Below are positions 13,738 through 28,309 of a DNA stretch of 64,000 bases, one piece after another (position 1 is the stretch's first letter; the number at the start of each line of letters is the position of its first letter). The position numbers and the translations under genes were made by a program. Below the pieces are notes generated by a model. It was not told where the DNA came from. It saw only the letters and a program-made list of their open reading frames with translations, and did not search any database. The stretch lies in the NCBI RefSeq assembly GCF_009914755.1, contig NC_060934.1; one strand, written 5' to 3'. Source of the DNA: the human T2T-CHM13v2.0 reference genome, Homo sapiens.

Positions 13738-14560
13738 TCATCCCTACAGGGCCACACCCTGCATCCCTGCAGGGCTCACATCCCACATCCTTGCAGGGCT
13801 CACACCCCACACCCCTGCAGGGCTCACACCCCACATCCCTCCAGGGCCCACACCCAACATCCCTCCAGGGCTCACACCCCACATCCCTCCAGGGCCCACA
13901 CCCCACATCCCTCCAGGGCCCACACCCCACATCCCTCCAGGGCCCACACCCCGCATCCCTCCAGGGCCCACACCCCGCATCCCTCCAGGGCCCACACCCC
14001 GCATCCCTCCAGGGCCCACACCCCGCATCCCTCCAGGGCCCACACCCCGCATCCCTCCAGGGCCCACACCCCGCATCCCTCCAGGGCCCACACCCCGCAT
14101 CCCTCCAGGGCCCACACCCCGCATCCCTCCAGGGCCCACACCCCGCATCCCTCCAGGGCCCACACCCCGCATCCCTCCAGGGCCCACACCCCGCATCCCT
14201 CCAGGGCCCACACCCCGCATCCCTCCAGGGCTCACACCCCGCATCCCTCCAGGGCTAACACCCCGCATCCCTCCAGGGCTCACACTGGGAGACTTTCTTT
14301 CCCAGGGCCCACACCCCACATCCCTCCAGGGCTCACACCCCACATCCCTCCAGGGCCCACACCTCACATCCCTCCAGGGCCCATACCCCACATCCCTCCA
14401 GGGCCCACACCCCGCATCCCTCCAGGGCCCACACCCCGCATCCCTACAGGGCCCACACCCCGCATCCCTCCAGGGCCCACACCCCGCATCCCTACAGGGC
14501 TCACATTCCGCATCCCTCCAGGGCTCACCCTGAGAGACTTTTCTTTCCCGGGGCTCAGGC
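13738..14560. repeat. 24-bp minisatellite (VNTR), unit CCAGGGCCCACACCCCGCATCCCT, ~33 units
   Basis: Directly visible tandem array; explains the PGPTPRIP / HPSRAHTP / SLQGPHPA repeat ORFs. Confidence 0.98.
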
Positions 14561-15969
14561 CCACCACCCAGGTGACTCTGTGACTCTTATGTGGTGCTGG
14601 GTAAATTCCCCAGGAAGGGGCTGGTCTGATGGGTGCAGAGCAACCCAGTTCCCAGGGTGGCAGAGAGCAGATCTTGCCTGCCTGGCCAGAAAAGAGTCCT
14701 CTGGAAGAAGAGTTGGTTTATTGTGGTTACTTGTGAGATGGTATTTGGGGGCCCTTAGACGGAATTATACCTGACATTTGCTGCCATTTATACTTTTTCT
14801 AAGGATCTTCTTGCATTTGATTTTTTTGATTTACGTTGGTATTATACTATAAAAATAATTAACATATTACACAGCAGCATTTTTTCCCATCACCAAACCC
14901 AGCCTCTTCTGCCATACTGGGCGCTCACTCCCTGACTCACCATCTCTTGGCCTCACTGGCGGCCAGCGGGCAGGTTTCCCAAGCTAGACCCTTCTCCAGA
15001 TTGCACAGCTGCGTCTTTTCCCCAGGGCAGCTCAGCACCTCGCACGTCCTCAGCTGTGGTGCTTCTGTGGCCCAGGGATCCTGTGTATCCCAAATTCCTG
15101 TTTCTGGTCCTTCCCTTGGCTCTTGTCTCCTAATAAGACCCCTGCTGGTCCTCACGTAGTTCAGACCTCGCCCCCACGCAGACACCTGCCCTGCTCCCTT
15201 CCACCCATGCCCCTGATGTTTCTGCCTGCCCGATGCGGTGCCTGCCACTGCTCAGGGCCATAATCTGGTGTCTCTGAATCTCCTGGCTTTGTCCTCACAG
15301 AACCCTAAGATCAGTCCCTGAGATCCGCCCCATCTGCTGAGAGCCTCTGCAGTCCACCCTCTCCTCCCCGCCCTGCCGTCCCTGTTCTGATCCCAAAGCC
15401 CGTGGCTTTCTGCCGCATGGGGGGTTTCCCAGTGTGTTTTCCATAATTACCCCCTAAGGAGCCTTTTCAGACATTTTCCTGAAATGGCCTTCCATGAAAT
15501 GTTAACACCACAGACTCTGTCCCTGCTTATGTACTGTGTATATATTGGTGCTATATATGTAAAAAAAAAAAATGTAAAATCTTTCTGCCTTCCAAGAATA
15601 CATTTTTGCTGCCCCCATCATCCCCACTGAGATGCATGGTGGAGAGAAGGTGGCTGGACAAATAGACTGTTTGTGGGTTACAGGAAGGACCGAGGCTGGC
15701 CAAGCACAGGGCAGCAGGTGGGAGCATGAGGGCTGCCAAGACCCCTCAGCAGGAAGGCTGAAAAGAGGCGGTGGTATGACTGCAGCTAGAGGGAGTCACA
15801 GCTACAGAAGAAGGCTCCTAAAGCACAGACACTGTGCTAGACCTGGCCGCTGCTGGAACTAACATCCGGCTCCCTCTCCTCCCATGCTAGACCCTTCTCC
15901 CATTTGCACAGCTGCACTTCTGGGGCTTCCCACTGGCTGAGCTCAATGGAAGTTGTTATCTCACTTGGC

Positions 15970-16475
15970 AATGGCCATGCTCCCAGTGACACAGGGCAGG
16001 ACACGATGGTCACTCTGCCAGGACACAAGGCAGGACTCCATGATCATCGTCCGTGGACACAGGATAGGACACCATGGTCATCCTCTGAGGACACAGGGCA
16101 GGAGGTGATGGTCATCCTCCCTCGACACAGGGCAGGACGCCACGGTCATTGTCCCCAGACAAGAGTAGGAGGCCATGGTCATTGTCCCAGGACACAGGGT
16201 AGGAGGCCATGGTCATCGTCCTGGGACACAGGGTAGGAGGCCATGGTCATGGTCTCGGGACACAGGATAGGACGTCATGGTCATAACCCCAGGATGCAGG
16301 GCAGGAGACGATGGTCATCATCCCAGGATGCCATGGTCCTCCTCCTGGGACACAGGGCAGGATGTCATGGTTATCATCCATGGACACAGGGCAGGAGGTG
16401 GTGGTCATCCTCCGGGACTCAGGGAAGGGTGCAAAGGTCTCCGTCTGGGGCACAGGGCAGGAGGGAAGGTCATGA
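15970..16475. repeat. Degenerate ~31-33-bp minisatellite (ggacacagggcaggaggccatggtcatcgtcct)
   Basis: Recurring ggacacagggcagga and atggtcat blocks, roughly 15 diverged copies. Confidence 0.9.
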
Positions 16476-17729
16476 GGAATCCAAGTGGGTGAGTGCTGCA
16501 GGATCTGAGGCTAACTAATGAGGGAGTCAGACAAAAGGCACATTTCAGAGACAGAAAAGAAATTGGCAACTGCACAGATCACACGTGCGTCCCACAGGTG
16601 AGGGAAGGGAAGACTCCAGCCCTGATAACACAGCACAGCCCTGGTGAGCCTTGTGACCAAAGTCGATGCCTTCCCAACCTGTGCTGGGCAGGACAGCGTG
16701 GAGGAGAGAGAAGACAAGGCAGAGGAAGGTAGGTGGCTGGGAAGATCAAAGAATGTGCCTCGGGGCTTCAAAGGAGAGAAGAACTCTCCAAACACTTTGA
16801 TTAGCAGCAAGGGGTCCTGTTCTCCTTCCCTAACAGCTCGAAGCCTCAGGCTGGGAGTACTGTGCAGATGCTGAGTGACAGGCAATGATAACTTGGCCTC
16901 CAGAAAATAGTCACACAGCAGGGACCCCAGAATAGAGAAAGGGCAGTGCCCTTGAGCCCCATCTCCTTCACCCATGAGGGAAGTGCAGCACCTATGTCCT
17001 GATGTCCTGGTGGCCCTCCAGGATGGCCCCTGGGTTGTGCCCCAGGCCTGTTCTTTATGCATCAGGACCCTCACTCTCCTCCTCTGCTTCATAGTGAGAC
17101 AGCAGCTACCAGGCAAGGCTGTATGAGACTCAGGAAGTGCAGGCAGAGCCTGCTGAATGCACCCGGTGTCGGCATGTGACCATTCACTATTCAGGCTGAT
17201 AGGAGGACATGCATCCCCCAAATATCATTTTTTTAAATTTGGCACAAAACCTTGTCAGTCTCACCAGTTGAGTAACCCCTCCTTCCAATCATTTAAGAAG
17301 TGCTGCGGGGAAAAGATGAAATTTAGCTACATGGCTACCTTGCATTCATGTCATGTTAAAAACACAAGCCTTAATTAATGGCAAATAATGGAATACCTCC
17401 ACCCACGGCAATTAAACAGCCACTGCAGGTGCAGCGATACCTCCAGAAATACGTCTGCTAAGAAATGAGAAAAGGGCTGGGCTGGCTTAAGGGTGAGCCT
17501 GCAGCCTGGGATGGAACTTGGCCTTCCTGGGAGGTGTGTGCCCCCAAGAGCCTTGCCCCAGAACATTCCACACATCAACAGCTCAAGGAATTTCTCCAAC
17601 ACTCACCAATAAAGACCACTTCTCACCGAGAAAGTGGGTGCCACACACAGAGGGCTGCAGGGAGCATGGTGGGTGCTGGGTTAAGCACTGCTGCCTGGAA
17701 CCTCTGCATGAAGGCTGTACTTGGCATCG

Positions 17730-18131
17730 GCCTGAGTCTGTGTTGCGTGTTGCTAAAACAGAATATCACAGACTGGATAATTACGAAGAAAAGACATTTA
17801 TTTCTCACAGTTCTGGGAAGTGCAATATCAAGGTGCTGGCATCTTACAAGGGCCTTTTTCCTGTGCCATCCCAGGGCACCAGCTGAGAGAAGGGGAGAGA
17901 GAGACACATGAGAGAGAGAGAGAGAATGCAACAGGAGCTCAACTCTCTGTTATAACAAACCCACCCTCATGATAAAGAACACACTCTATGATGACAACAC
18001 TAATCCATTCACAAGGACAGAATGTACCTCATTCCTTAGTCATCTTTTACTCGGCCCCACCTCCCAACACTGTGGGGTTGGGGATTAAGTTTTCGACACT
18101 TGAACTCTGGGAACACACTCAGATCATAGCG
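17730..18131 (-). mobile_element. MST-type MaLR LTR
   Basis: catttatttctcacagttctgg...aaggtgctggcatc...ggccccacctcccaacactg...ggggattaagttt...cagatcatagc. Confidence 0.75.
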
Positions 18132-19559
18132 GCATCCTAACAGCCTCGGTTGGTTGGACAGGCGCATGGGTCACACCGGAATGTTTTCCTGCTGGAAAGA
18201 CACATCAAATAAACCGATTTCAGAGTCTGGTGCCTTACGATTGAGAATCTGTAGGCACAAACAGCAATTTGGAACGATTAACGTATTTCTACTTTTACAT
18301 TTTTAGGGCAGCAAAATGTAAGAAAGTGGTTTCAGGGTGCCAACGTGGAGCAGCCTGTCCTGGCAGGGCCCTGCGCTGCCTTGCTCCTCTCCTGGGGGCC
18401 TGGGCCGGGGGCGAGTGTTGGGACTTTATTCCCAATGCCTTTTCCAGTGACCCTGCCCTCTTGCCTGCCATCTGCCTTGTTCCTGGAGACACTGGAGATC
18501 CTGGCTTGTGGGAACCACATGTCTGTCCCTGCCCACCTCTCCCCAACACCCCCATGCTGAGCAAGGGGCATGGAATGCCGGTTTGCAGATAGGACCATCT
18601 CATGCCCTGACTTGTGGAGACACCCTGCTTTTATAGCCATTGAGCCAGTGCAGGGAGACCCAGAGATCCAGGTGCTCAAAGGTGTCCTGGTTTGAACAAC
18701 AAGTCCAAGATCACCCTACGAAGGACAAATGACTCTATGAGTGCGTCTTAGTCATCAGAATCCCACAGCCCACTCTCCAGGGGGAAGCTGCTGGCTCTGC
18801 TGATGCCCACTGGTCTCCCTGCAGGACCCAGCTTCCTAAAGGGCCAGCAGCACAGACGCCACACAAGCTTCCTCACCTGGGACCTCCCACCAGGGTATGG
18901 GGAAGAGGACATGGGCCAGGAGGAAGGGTGACACAGCTATGTAAAACTACCATGACAGGGACCATGTTCCCTCCTTCCCTTATCCCAGCTGTGACAAGAT
19001 AATTGTGAAGCTACATGCCGGTGGAGGCTGCAAGATCTTCCCGGTCTCCAATTCCTGGGGAAGGCACTCACGCCGGCTCCCAGAGGACAGATGCTGTGGA
19101 GCACAGGGACGGAGAGCCAGGGGCCAGGGGAGGACAGGACAGGAGGCTCCTCCTCAAAGTAGAGGCTGAGGCCATCCCCGGGGGGAAGGAGCTTATGGCT
19201 GCAAATCAGAACCAGGTATCCCAGAGCCCAGATGAGATCTCTGCACCAGGTCCACGCCCTGGAGGGAAGAAAGCATGAGGGCCCTCAAAGCAGAGAGGGC
19301 ACGGATGGAGACTAAGAGGGGAAATGAAGGGCCTCAGCCCATCGCTGATGGCAGAGCTTAGAACCCCTAGGAGCAGTGGCAGGGAGTCTCAGAAACCCCA
19401 GGGAATGCACGGGAACTCTGGGCGGCTAATGAGCATTAGCCCCACCTGGCAAAGGAACCCTTCGATTCGGCAGGCCCACTCGCAGCTTCTCTGTGGTCAC
19501 CCCACCCAGGCCCTGACGTTGCCCCACAGTTGTGATACATTTAAAAGGTTCAGATTCCA

Positions 19560-20255
<696 letters not shown>

Positions 20256-21364
20256 TTAGCTGGATGCTGGCTGCTGAGGCAGGCGATGTCCAATTTCCAA
20301 GGCCCTTCTCCAGGTCCTCATGTGCGTCTGCGGCAGACACACCAGGACCAATGCTCACAGGCTGGGCTTACATCCAGCACATGCTTCAATTATTGACAAA
20401 GCTTACGATCGGAAGGACACATGCCATGGCACAAACGTGCAGGTGGGAAACTGTTGTACAGCTATGTTTTGAAAAGATGTCTTATTTTTATTTACCATTT
20501 TAAAGAAAATTTCCCTAAAAATAATTTAGTCATTTAGGAAAGAAAGAAGCCTATGTCTGATGCGTTTAGCAGAAATTAGCAGAGAACACTCAAAACGTGA
20601 CTGATGGGCCCCCAAAGCCACTCACCAACTAATTTTGAGTCTGGCACTATATCAATGCCGGGCATGAAAATGAAGAAAAAGAAAAGTAAGAAAAGTAAAA
20701 CAAAACTCGTCGTTCTTCTCTTCTTGTCTCCCTTATTCTCTCCCTTTTTCCTCTTGTTCACGCATTTCACACATTTCAAGCAGGCACTAAGGGTTAGAAA
20801 CTTGTGTTTAGGGAGTAAAACAGCTACTTCAGCAGGTGTCATTGATGACTCCAATTCCTCACCCCTCCCTCCACCTTTCAGGACTGCACTGCAGTGGGGC
20901 AGGCTGAGGGGCTGCTCGTTTGCACCCGCTGGCTGGAGGCTCAGCTGTGTGACTTGCTGTGAGCAGTGGCATGAGAGCAGTTGTGTCCATGAGCAAGTCA
21001 TGAAAAGTGCTGAAGGGGTCGGGCCTGCTCTCTTGGGCCCCTGCCTTTGCCATCAAGAGCACATCTGTCTGGGCTGCTGGTGCAAGAGGAGCATGGAAGA
21101 TTCTGCAGCACAACCAAGACGCCGCAGCTGAGCCCAGCCCCTCCCAGGCAAACCCTGGCCAAGCACCACCCACAGCCAAATCAGTGCTGATGTTGTCTGT
21201 CACCAAGCTTTTCTAGTTGTTATGCAGCCTTTCATAGTTGTGCGATAGATACAGCTACTAGCTCCCTCTCCTAAGAGTCCTGGGTTGATGTGCCGGTGAG
21301 ACATAAGCTGAAATTTGGCTAAGACAGCGAAAAAACATTTGCCATTCACAGTTCCTAAAGTCTG

Positions 21365-21394
21365 ACACACACACACACACATACACACACACAC
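21365..21394. repeat. (CA)n microsatellite
   Basis: Directly visible. Confidence 0.9.
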
Positions 21395-21429
21395 GCTCCA
21401 AACTGACCACAGAGTCAATACAATTTAGA

Positions 21430-21609
21430 CCCTGACTCTAGTTGGGCCAGGAATGGGAACTCACGGTTAGGGTGGATGGAGATAACTTCCTGGGATCCCA
21501 TGAAGGAGCTGCCTTTCCCTGACTTTAGTTGGGCCAGGAATGGGAACTCACGGTCAAGGTGGACGGAGATGACTTCCTGGGATCCCATGAAGGAGCCACC
21601 TTTCCCTGA
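21430..21609. repeat. 87-bp tandem duplication (2 copies)
   Basis: ccctgact..agttgggccaggaatgggaactcacgg...ctgggatcccatgaaggagc starts at 21430 and 21517. Confidence 0.95.
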
Positions 21610-22617
21610 GCATTTGGGTTTATGCAAGTTTTGCTTCAGTTGTGTGTCTTGTTTTTCACAATAGTGAAAAGATGTAAGAAGCATTTGCAGAACCTTCTTA
21701 ACTACAGGTGTGCATCATTCTGTTGCACTTTACAGATATCATGTTTGACAGATTGAAGATGGGGGGAGCCTGGCATCCACCACCTCTGCTGGAACTTTTC
21801 CACGAGCATGTTGTCACTTCATTTCTCTGGATAACATTGTAGGAACTCTCACAATAGTTCAGACTTTGTCCTTATTGTGACATCTGTGATGGTGATCTGT
21901 GATGATCTTTGATATTATGAATATAATTATTTTGGGGCACCATGAGAGGCACCCACATAAGACAATAAACTTAATCAATAAATGCCGTGTGTGTTCTGAT
22001 TGCTCCGGTCACCGGCGCTCCCCTGTCTCTCCCCCTCCGCTCAGGCCTTTCTATCCCCTGAAATAAACAATATTGAAGTTGAGCCAACTAAGAACCCTAC
22101 CATGGCCTCGAAGTGTTCAAGTGAAAGGAAGAGTTACATGGCTCTCACTTTAAATAAAAAGCTAGCTATGATTAATCTTAGTGAGGAAGGCATGGGTTGA
22201 AAGCCTAGATCAGTCAAAAATTAAGACTTTTTCACCAGCTAGCCAAGTTGTGAATATAAAGGAAAATTCTCGAAGGAAGTTAAAGTGCTACTCCGGTGAA
22301 CTCACAAATGTTAAGAGAGACAGCCTTATTGCCGATATGGAGAAAGATTGAGTGTTCCGAATAAATTAGACCCACCATAACATTTTCTTATGCCAAATCC
22401 TAATTCAGAGCAAGGCCCTACCTCTCTTCAGTTCTATGAAATCTGAGAGAAGTAAGGAAGCTGCAGAAGAAAAGTTTGAAGCTGGCGGAGGTGGGTTCAT
22501 GAGGTCTAAGGACAGAAGCTGTCTCCATAACACAAAAGTGCAAGGGGAAGCAGCAAGTGCTGATGGAGAAGCTTCAGAAAGTTACCTGGAAGATCTTGCC
22601 AAGATCACTGATGATGG

Positions 22618-22619
<2 letters not shown>

Positions 22620-22665
<46 letters not shown>
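22620..22665. repeat. (CA)n microsatellite (~22 units) inside Tigger1
   Basis: Directly visible pure run. Confidence 0.95.
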
Positions 22666-22666
<1 letters not shown>

Positions 22667-23161
22667 AGATTTTCAATGCAGACAAAACAGCCTTCTATTG
22701 GAAGAAGATGCCATTTAGGGCTTTCACAGCTATAGAGGAAAAGTCAATTCCTGGCTTCAAAGTTTCAAAGCAAAGGGTGATTCTCTCGTTAGGGGCTAAA
22801 GCATCTAGGGACTTTCAGTTGAAGCCAATGCTCTTTCACCATTCTGAAAATCCTAGGGCCCTAAAATTTACGTTAAATTTACTCTGTCTGTGCTTTATAA
22901 ATGAAACAGCAAAGTGTGGATGACAGCACATCTGTTTACAACACAGTGTAATGAATATTTTAAACCCACGTTTAAGACTCACTCTCAGATAAAAAAATGT
23001 TTCTTTTCAAAATACTACTGCTCATTGACAACACAGCCTGATCCCACAAGAGCTCTGAGATGCCCAAGGAGATGAATGTTACTTTCATGCCTGCTAACAC
23101 GACACCCATTCTGCAGCCCATGGATCAAGGGGTAATTTTGACTTTCAACTCTTATTATTTA

Positions 23162-23482
<321 letters not shown>

Positions 23483-23574
23483 ATAAATACATTTCGTAAG
23501 GCTGTACCTGCCATAGATAGTGATTCCTCTAGCGCATCTTGGCAAAGTACAAAAGTACATTGAAAACCTTCTGG

Positions 23575-24142
<568 letters not shown>

Positions 24143-25280
24143 TTATAGATGAGCAAAGAAAGTGGTTTCTTGAAGTGCAATCTACTCCTGGTGAAGATGC
24201 TGTGACCACTGTTGAAACAAGAACACAGGATTTAAAATATTCCGTAAACTTACCTGAGGAAGCAGCAGGAGGATTTGAGAGAACTGACTCCAATTTTGAA
24301 AAAAGTTCTACTGTGGGTGAAGTGCTGTCAAGCAGCATCGCATGCTGCAGAGAAATCTTTTGTGAAAGGAAGAGTCAAGGGATGTGGCAAACTTCACTGC
24401 TGTCTTATTTTATGAAATTGCCATAGCCACCCCAACCTTCAGTAACCACCACCGTGATCAGTCAGCAGCCATCAACATCCTTCGATCAATTGAGGATTGA
24501 TGGAACATCCTTCATCAATCATCTGAAGGTTCAGATAACTGATTGTTAAAAACTTTTAGTAATAAAGGATTTTTAAATTAATGTATATACATTTTTAGAC
24601 ATTATGCTATGACATGCCCAGTAGACCACAGTATAGTGTAAACATAACTTTTAAATGCACTGGGAAACCAAAAAACTTGTGTGAACCACTTTGTTATATG
24701 TTGGCTTTATCGTGGTGGTCTGGAACAGAACCCACAATGTCTCCAAAGTGTGCCTGTAAAGATCAAGGAAGACTCGGTGTAAATACCAATTAGTTCTGTG
24801 GAGACACGGCAGTTCCATGGGTAAACTTGCCAGCTGTCCGAGTCAATGCTCTCATTCTAGGAATCCAGATACATTCTTCTCATTTTCTTTATAAGCCACC
24901 CAGAAATGAGGTATTAATTCTGGGTTCCCTCGCTGCAATCGGAGGATCCGCAGGCCTCCATCTCTGACGGCATGGCTCGCACTGTAACCATCAGGCCCTC
25001 TTGCCATGACAGCACAAGAGAAGGTGGATCTGAGGGAGGAGGAAGTGGTCAAGGGGGCGGGTATGACACACGTCTCATTCTCCCTCCCCGTGACTCGGCT
25101 TGGTTAACGAAATGCACCGTGTGATGCAGTGGAGTCCCTTTCTGGATCCGTCCCGGGTTGGCTCCTTGCAGGGAGGGAACTCGGCTGAGGATGAATTTGG
25201 ACAGAACACTCAGATGGGAAGGCTCTTTCTGTCCTTTTAACCTCTGAGTTTCTAACATACCTGTAATTCTATTTATTTAG

Positions 25281-25622
<342 letters not shown>

Positions 25623-26766
25623 TAAAAATTTAACTCATTTAACAGAAATGGGCATTTCTTATTGCAGTCAAATTTTTATTTTTCTTCTCTCTTTTTTGTG
25701 GTAATGTGATTGGCTTTCTATTTCCATTCTGGCTGGGCTTCATATTCCAGAATGACACTGAATTAAGTCAGGAGCTGGGGTGAGGAGAGAGGAAAGAGAT
25801 AAGGAGCGAAGAGGACAGAAGCTGCCTCACAGGCTGGTCCCCATCACCGCGCCAAGTGAGGGTGATTTACTTTGTGTTCACTCGTCTTCCCCGGCACAGA
25901 CACAATCTAAAAGCAATCAGAACTCTGACCCCACAGTGGCGGCACCTGTGCCTTATAAGGCGGAGCACACCACGCTGTTCCCACAGATGATCCAAAAGGC
26001 ACAGGAAAATCTCTGTTGTCCGCAGAGACGTCAGCCGCCACGCTAAGGGCGTCTTGTGGGGTTTCTGCGGTGAGGGCATTGCTCCTGGGCAATGGAAGTG
26101 ATACCCACTGAATTCACAGGGCCGCCGGAACCACCATGCCAGCGTCATGGGCTTCTCGCTCACCGTCCTGCATGAAGAGAGCGAAGGATTGCTGAGAAGG
26201 CCCTTGCTTTCATATCCCCTCATTTATTTTTCAAAGCAACCAGCTAAGGTGGGTGCATATTCTTACCCCCTTGGCAGAGGCACAGAGACGATAGTAACCA
26301 TTCAAGGACACACAGCCGGTGTGTGCGGCTCAGGGCACTGAACCAGGCCTGTGGAACCCCAGGCTCATGCTAGTCCTCTTCATGGCACAACCTGGCTCCC
26401 GGTGTGATGGTTGGACCTGGATTTTCCTCCCCACTGGAGGTAGCAGGGTCACCAATGGAGGAATGCTCGCAGGGAAGCCCGGCCCTGCCCCCAGCGGAGA
26501 CCCCCCCACCCAGGTCCCTTCTGATCTAGAAAGAGGCTCAGGTGCTGCAAGCTGGGCTCCCCAGTCTGCACCTGGGTGTGCAGCACCAGTGCTGGGCAGG
26601 CTGCTGAGTGGCCAAGGAAGGGGGAACAGAGCCTCTGTCCGTAGGAGTTTACCATCTTAATGAAGATATAACACCCTGTAGAAGCAGACAGTGTGTAAGA
26701 GCCAGGCAGGGGCATATTAGGACTTACTGAGCCCAGAAGTGTGCGGAGGGCTATGAGCAGACACGT

Positions 26767-26905
26767 GATCCCACTGAGGACGGGGCGTGGGGTCCCACTG
26801 AGGACAGAGGGCTCGAGGTTCCACTAAGGATGGGGGCACAGGGTCCTACTGAGGGCAAGAGGCATTAGGGTCCCTGTGGAGAGAGTGGCATGGGGTCCTA
26901 CTGAG
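26767..26905. repeat. Degenerate ~24-bp minisatellite (gggtcccactgaggacgggggc...)
   Basis: About 6 diverged copies of ggtccYactgagg. Confidence 0.7.
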
Positions 26906-27769
26906 TAACAGGGATGGGGGGCACTCACCGTCTCTCCTGGGAGCACATGGGGCACCAGCCACATTTACCAGCTGGAGAGTGAACCTTCTGTGAAGGCTTC
27001 TCCATGCAGAACACAGGCAGCAGCAGGGGGTCTGGATACGCAGAAAGATGGAGGCTGGCTTTGCACATGGCGCTGGGGCAGGACCAAGGTGATGGAGCTG
27101 GGATTGCACATGGGACCAAGGCGAGGCCTCAGGCAGTGACTGAGCTGGGCATGCTTCACCCAAATGACCAGGATGTCCTGTGCACCTGGGGTGGGTGATG
27201 GCAGTGAGGATTATGTGGGTAACAAAGCAGTCCTGGCAATGGCAGCTGCAGGTATACTCCCCTTCCAGAGAGTGTCACTGTGCAAGGCAGGGTGTCCCTG
27301 CAGTGGGTGGGCACCTGGTGCAGGGCACAGGCATGGCCAAGACCCCAGTGCTCAGCCCCTCCCACAGCCTCTGGGGTAATGGGGTAGCAGAGGACACCCA
27401 GGGTCCAAGAGGGAGGTAGGGAGGCTCCTGGGGAATGTGGAGCAGGAGCAGGAGAGGGCATCCCTCAGACATGCAACTCCTGGGGTTCCTGGGCCTGCAC
27501 TGTGGGGCCTGGGTAGGGCCAGGCCCTGCAGGAGGCTCCAGCCAGGCAGAGGCAGGCCAGGTTGGGCACCTGCAGTCTCCAGGACACAGCTCTTCTGCTT
27601 CAGTGATTAGTAAGCTGTGAAATATTTTTAAAACAAAGAGGCAGAGAGAACATCATAATGAGAATATAACATGATTGAGGCCCCTGCAGTTCACCTCAGA
27701 GCCCCGTTCCACTGTTTCCCTCCCCGGAGGCCCCCACCCTCCTGAATGTGTCCTTTGTTACCTGCATGC

Positions 27770-28044
27770 TTTTATATTTCTTATAATTTCAAGTTTTATT
27801 TTCGATTCGGGGTATATGTGCAGGTTTGTTAGGTGTTATATTGCATGATGCTGAGGTTTGAGTTCTGTCACCCAGGTAGGGAGCACAGCACACACGGTAG
27901 GTAGTTTTTCAGCCCTCATCCCCCTTCTTCCGTGCCCCCTCTGTGAGTCCCCGGTGTGTAATGTTCCCATCTTTACGTCCGTGTGTACTCAATGTTTAGC
28001 TTCCACTCGTAAGTGAGAACATGCGGGATTTGGTTTACTGTTCC
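27770..28044 (-). mobile_element. Old L1PA/L1PB 3' end fragment
   Basis: atatgtgcaggtttgtta...gtcacccaggta...tttagcttccactcgtaagtgagaacatgcg is antisense L1P 3'UTR. Confidence 0.85.
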
Positions 28045-28309
28045 ACCTGCACAGTCTTACACTGGCGTCATATCAGGGCTACCCTGGGGACTTCATAGGC
28101 TGTGCCCTGCGAGGAGCACTCAGCCAGGGCTGAGCTGGGGCTACAGGGAGTCTGCACCCCAGAGCCCTGCATCACAGGCCCCACCAGAGCCAGCACCAGC
28201 TGCTTCCTTCAAATGTGTCTGCCCAGAGGGTGTACCTTATTCTATGAGCACAGAAGCGTTGTGTATGCCCAGGGAGAACTGTGATTCACATATAAATCCA
28301 TAAACAATT

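Noticed and set aside
13697-14583. Overlapping 278/284/215-aa ORFs
   Set aside because: All are translations of the 24-bp VNTR, open in several frames on both strands.
20604-21131. ORF with KKKKSKKSKTKLVVL resembling the KRAS4B tail or a signal anchor
   Set aside because: Produced by an A-rich tract followed by a pyrimidine tract; no GTPase homology and no CAAX-stop.
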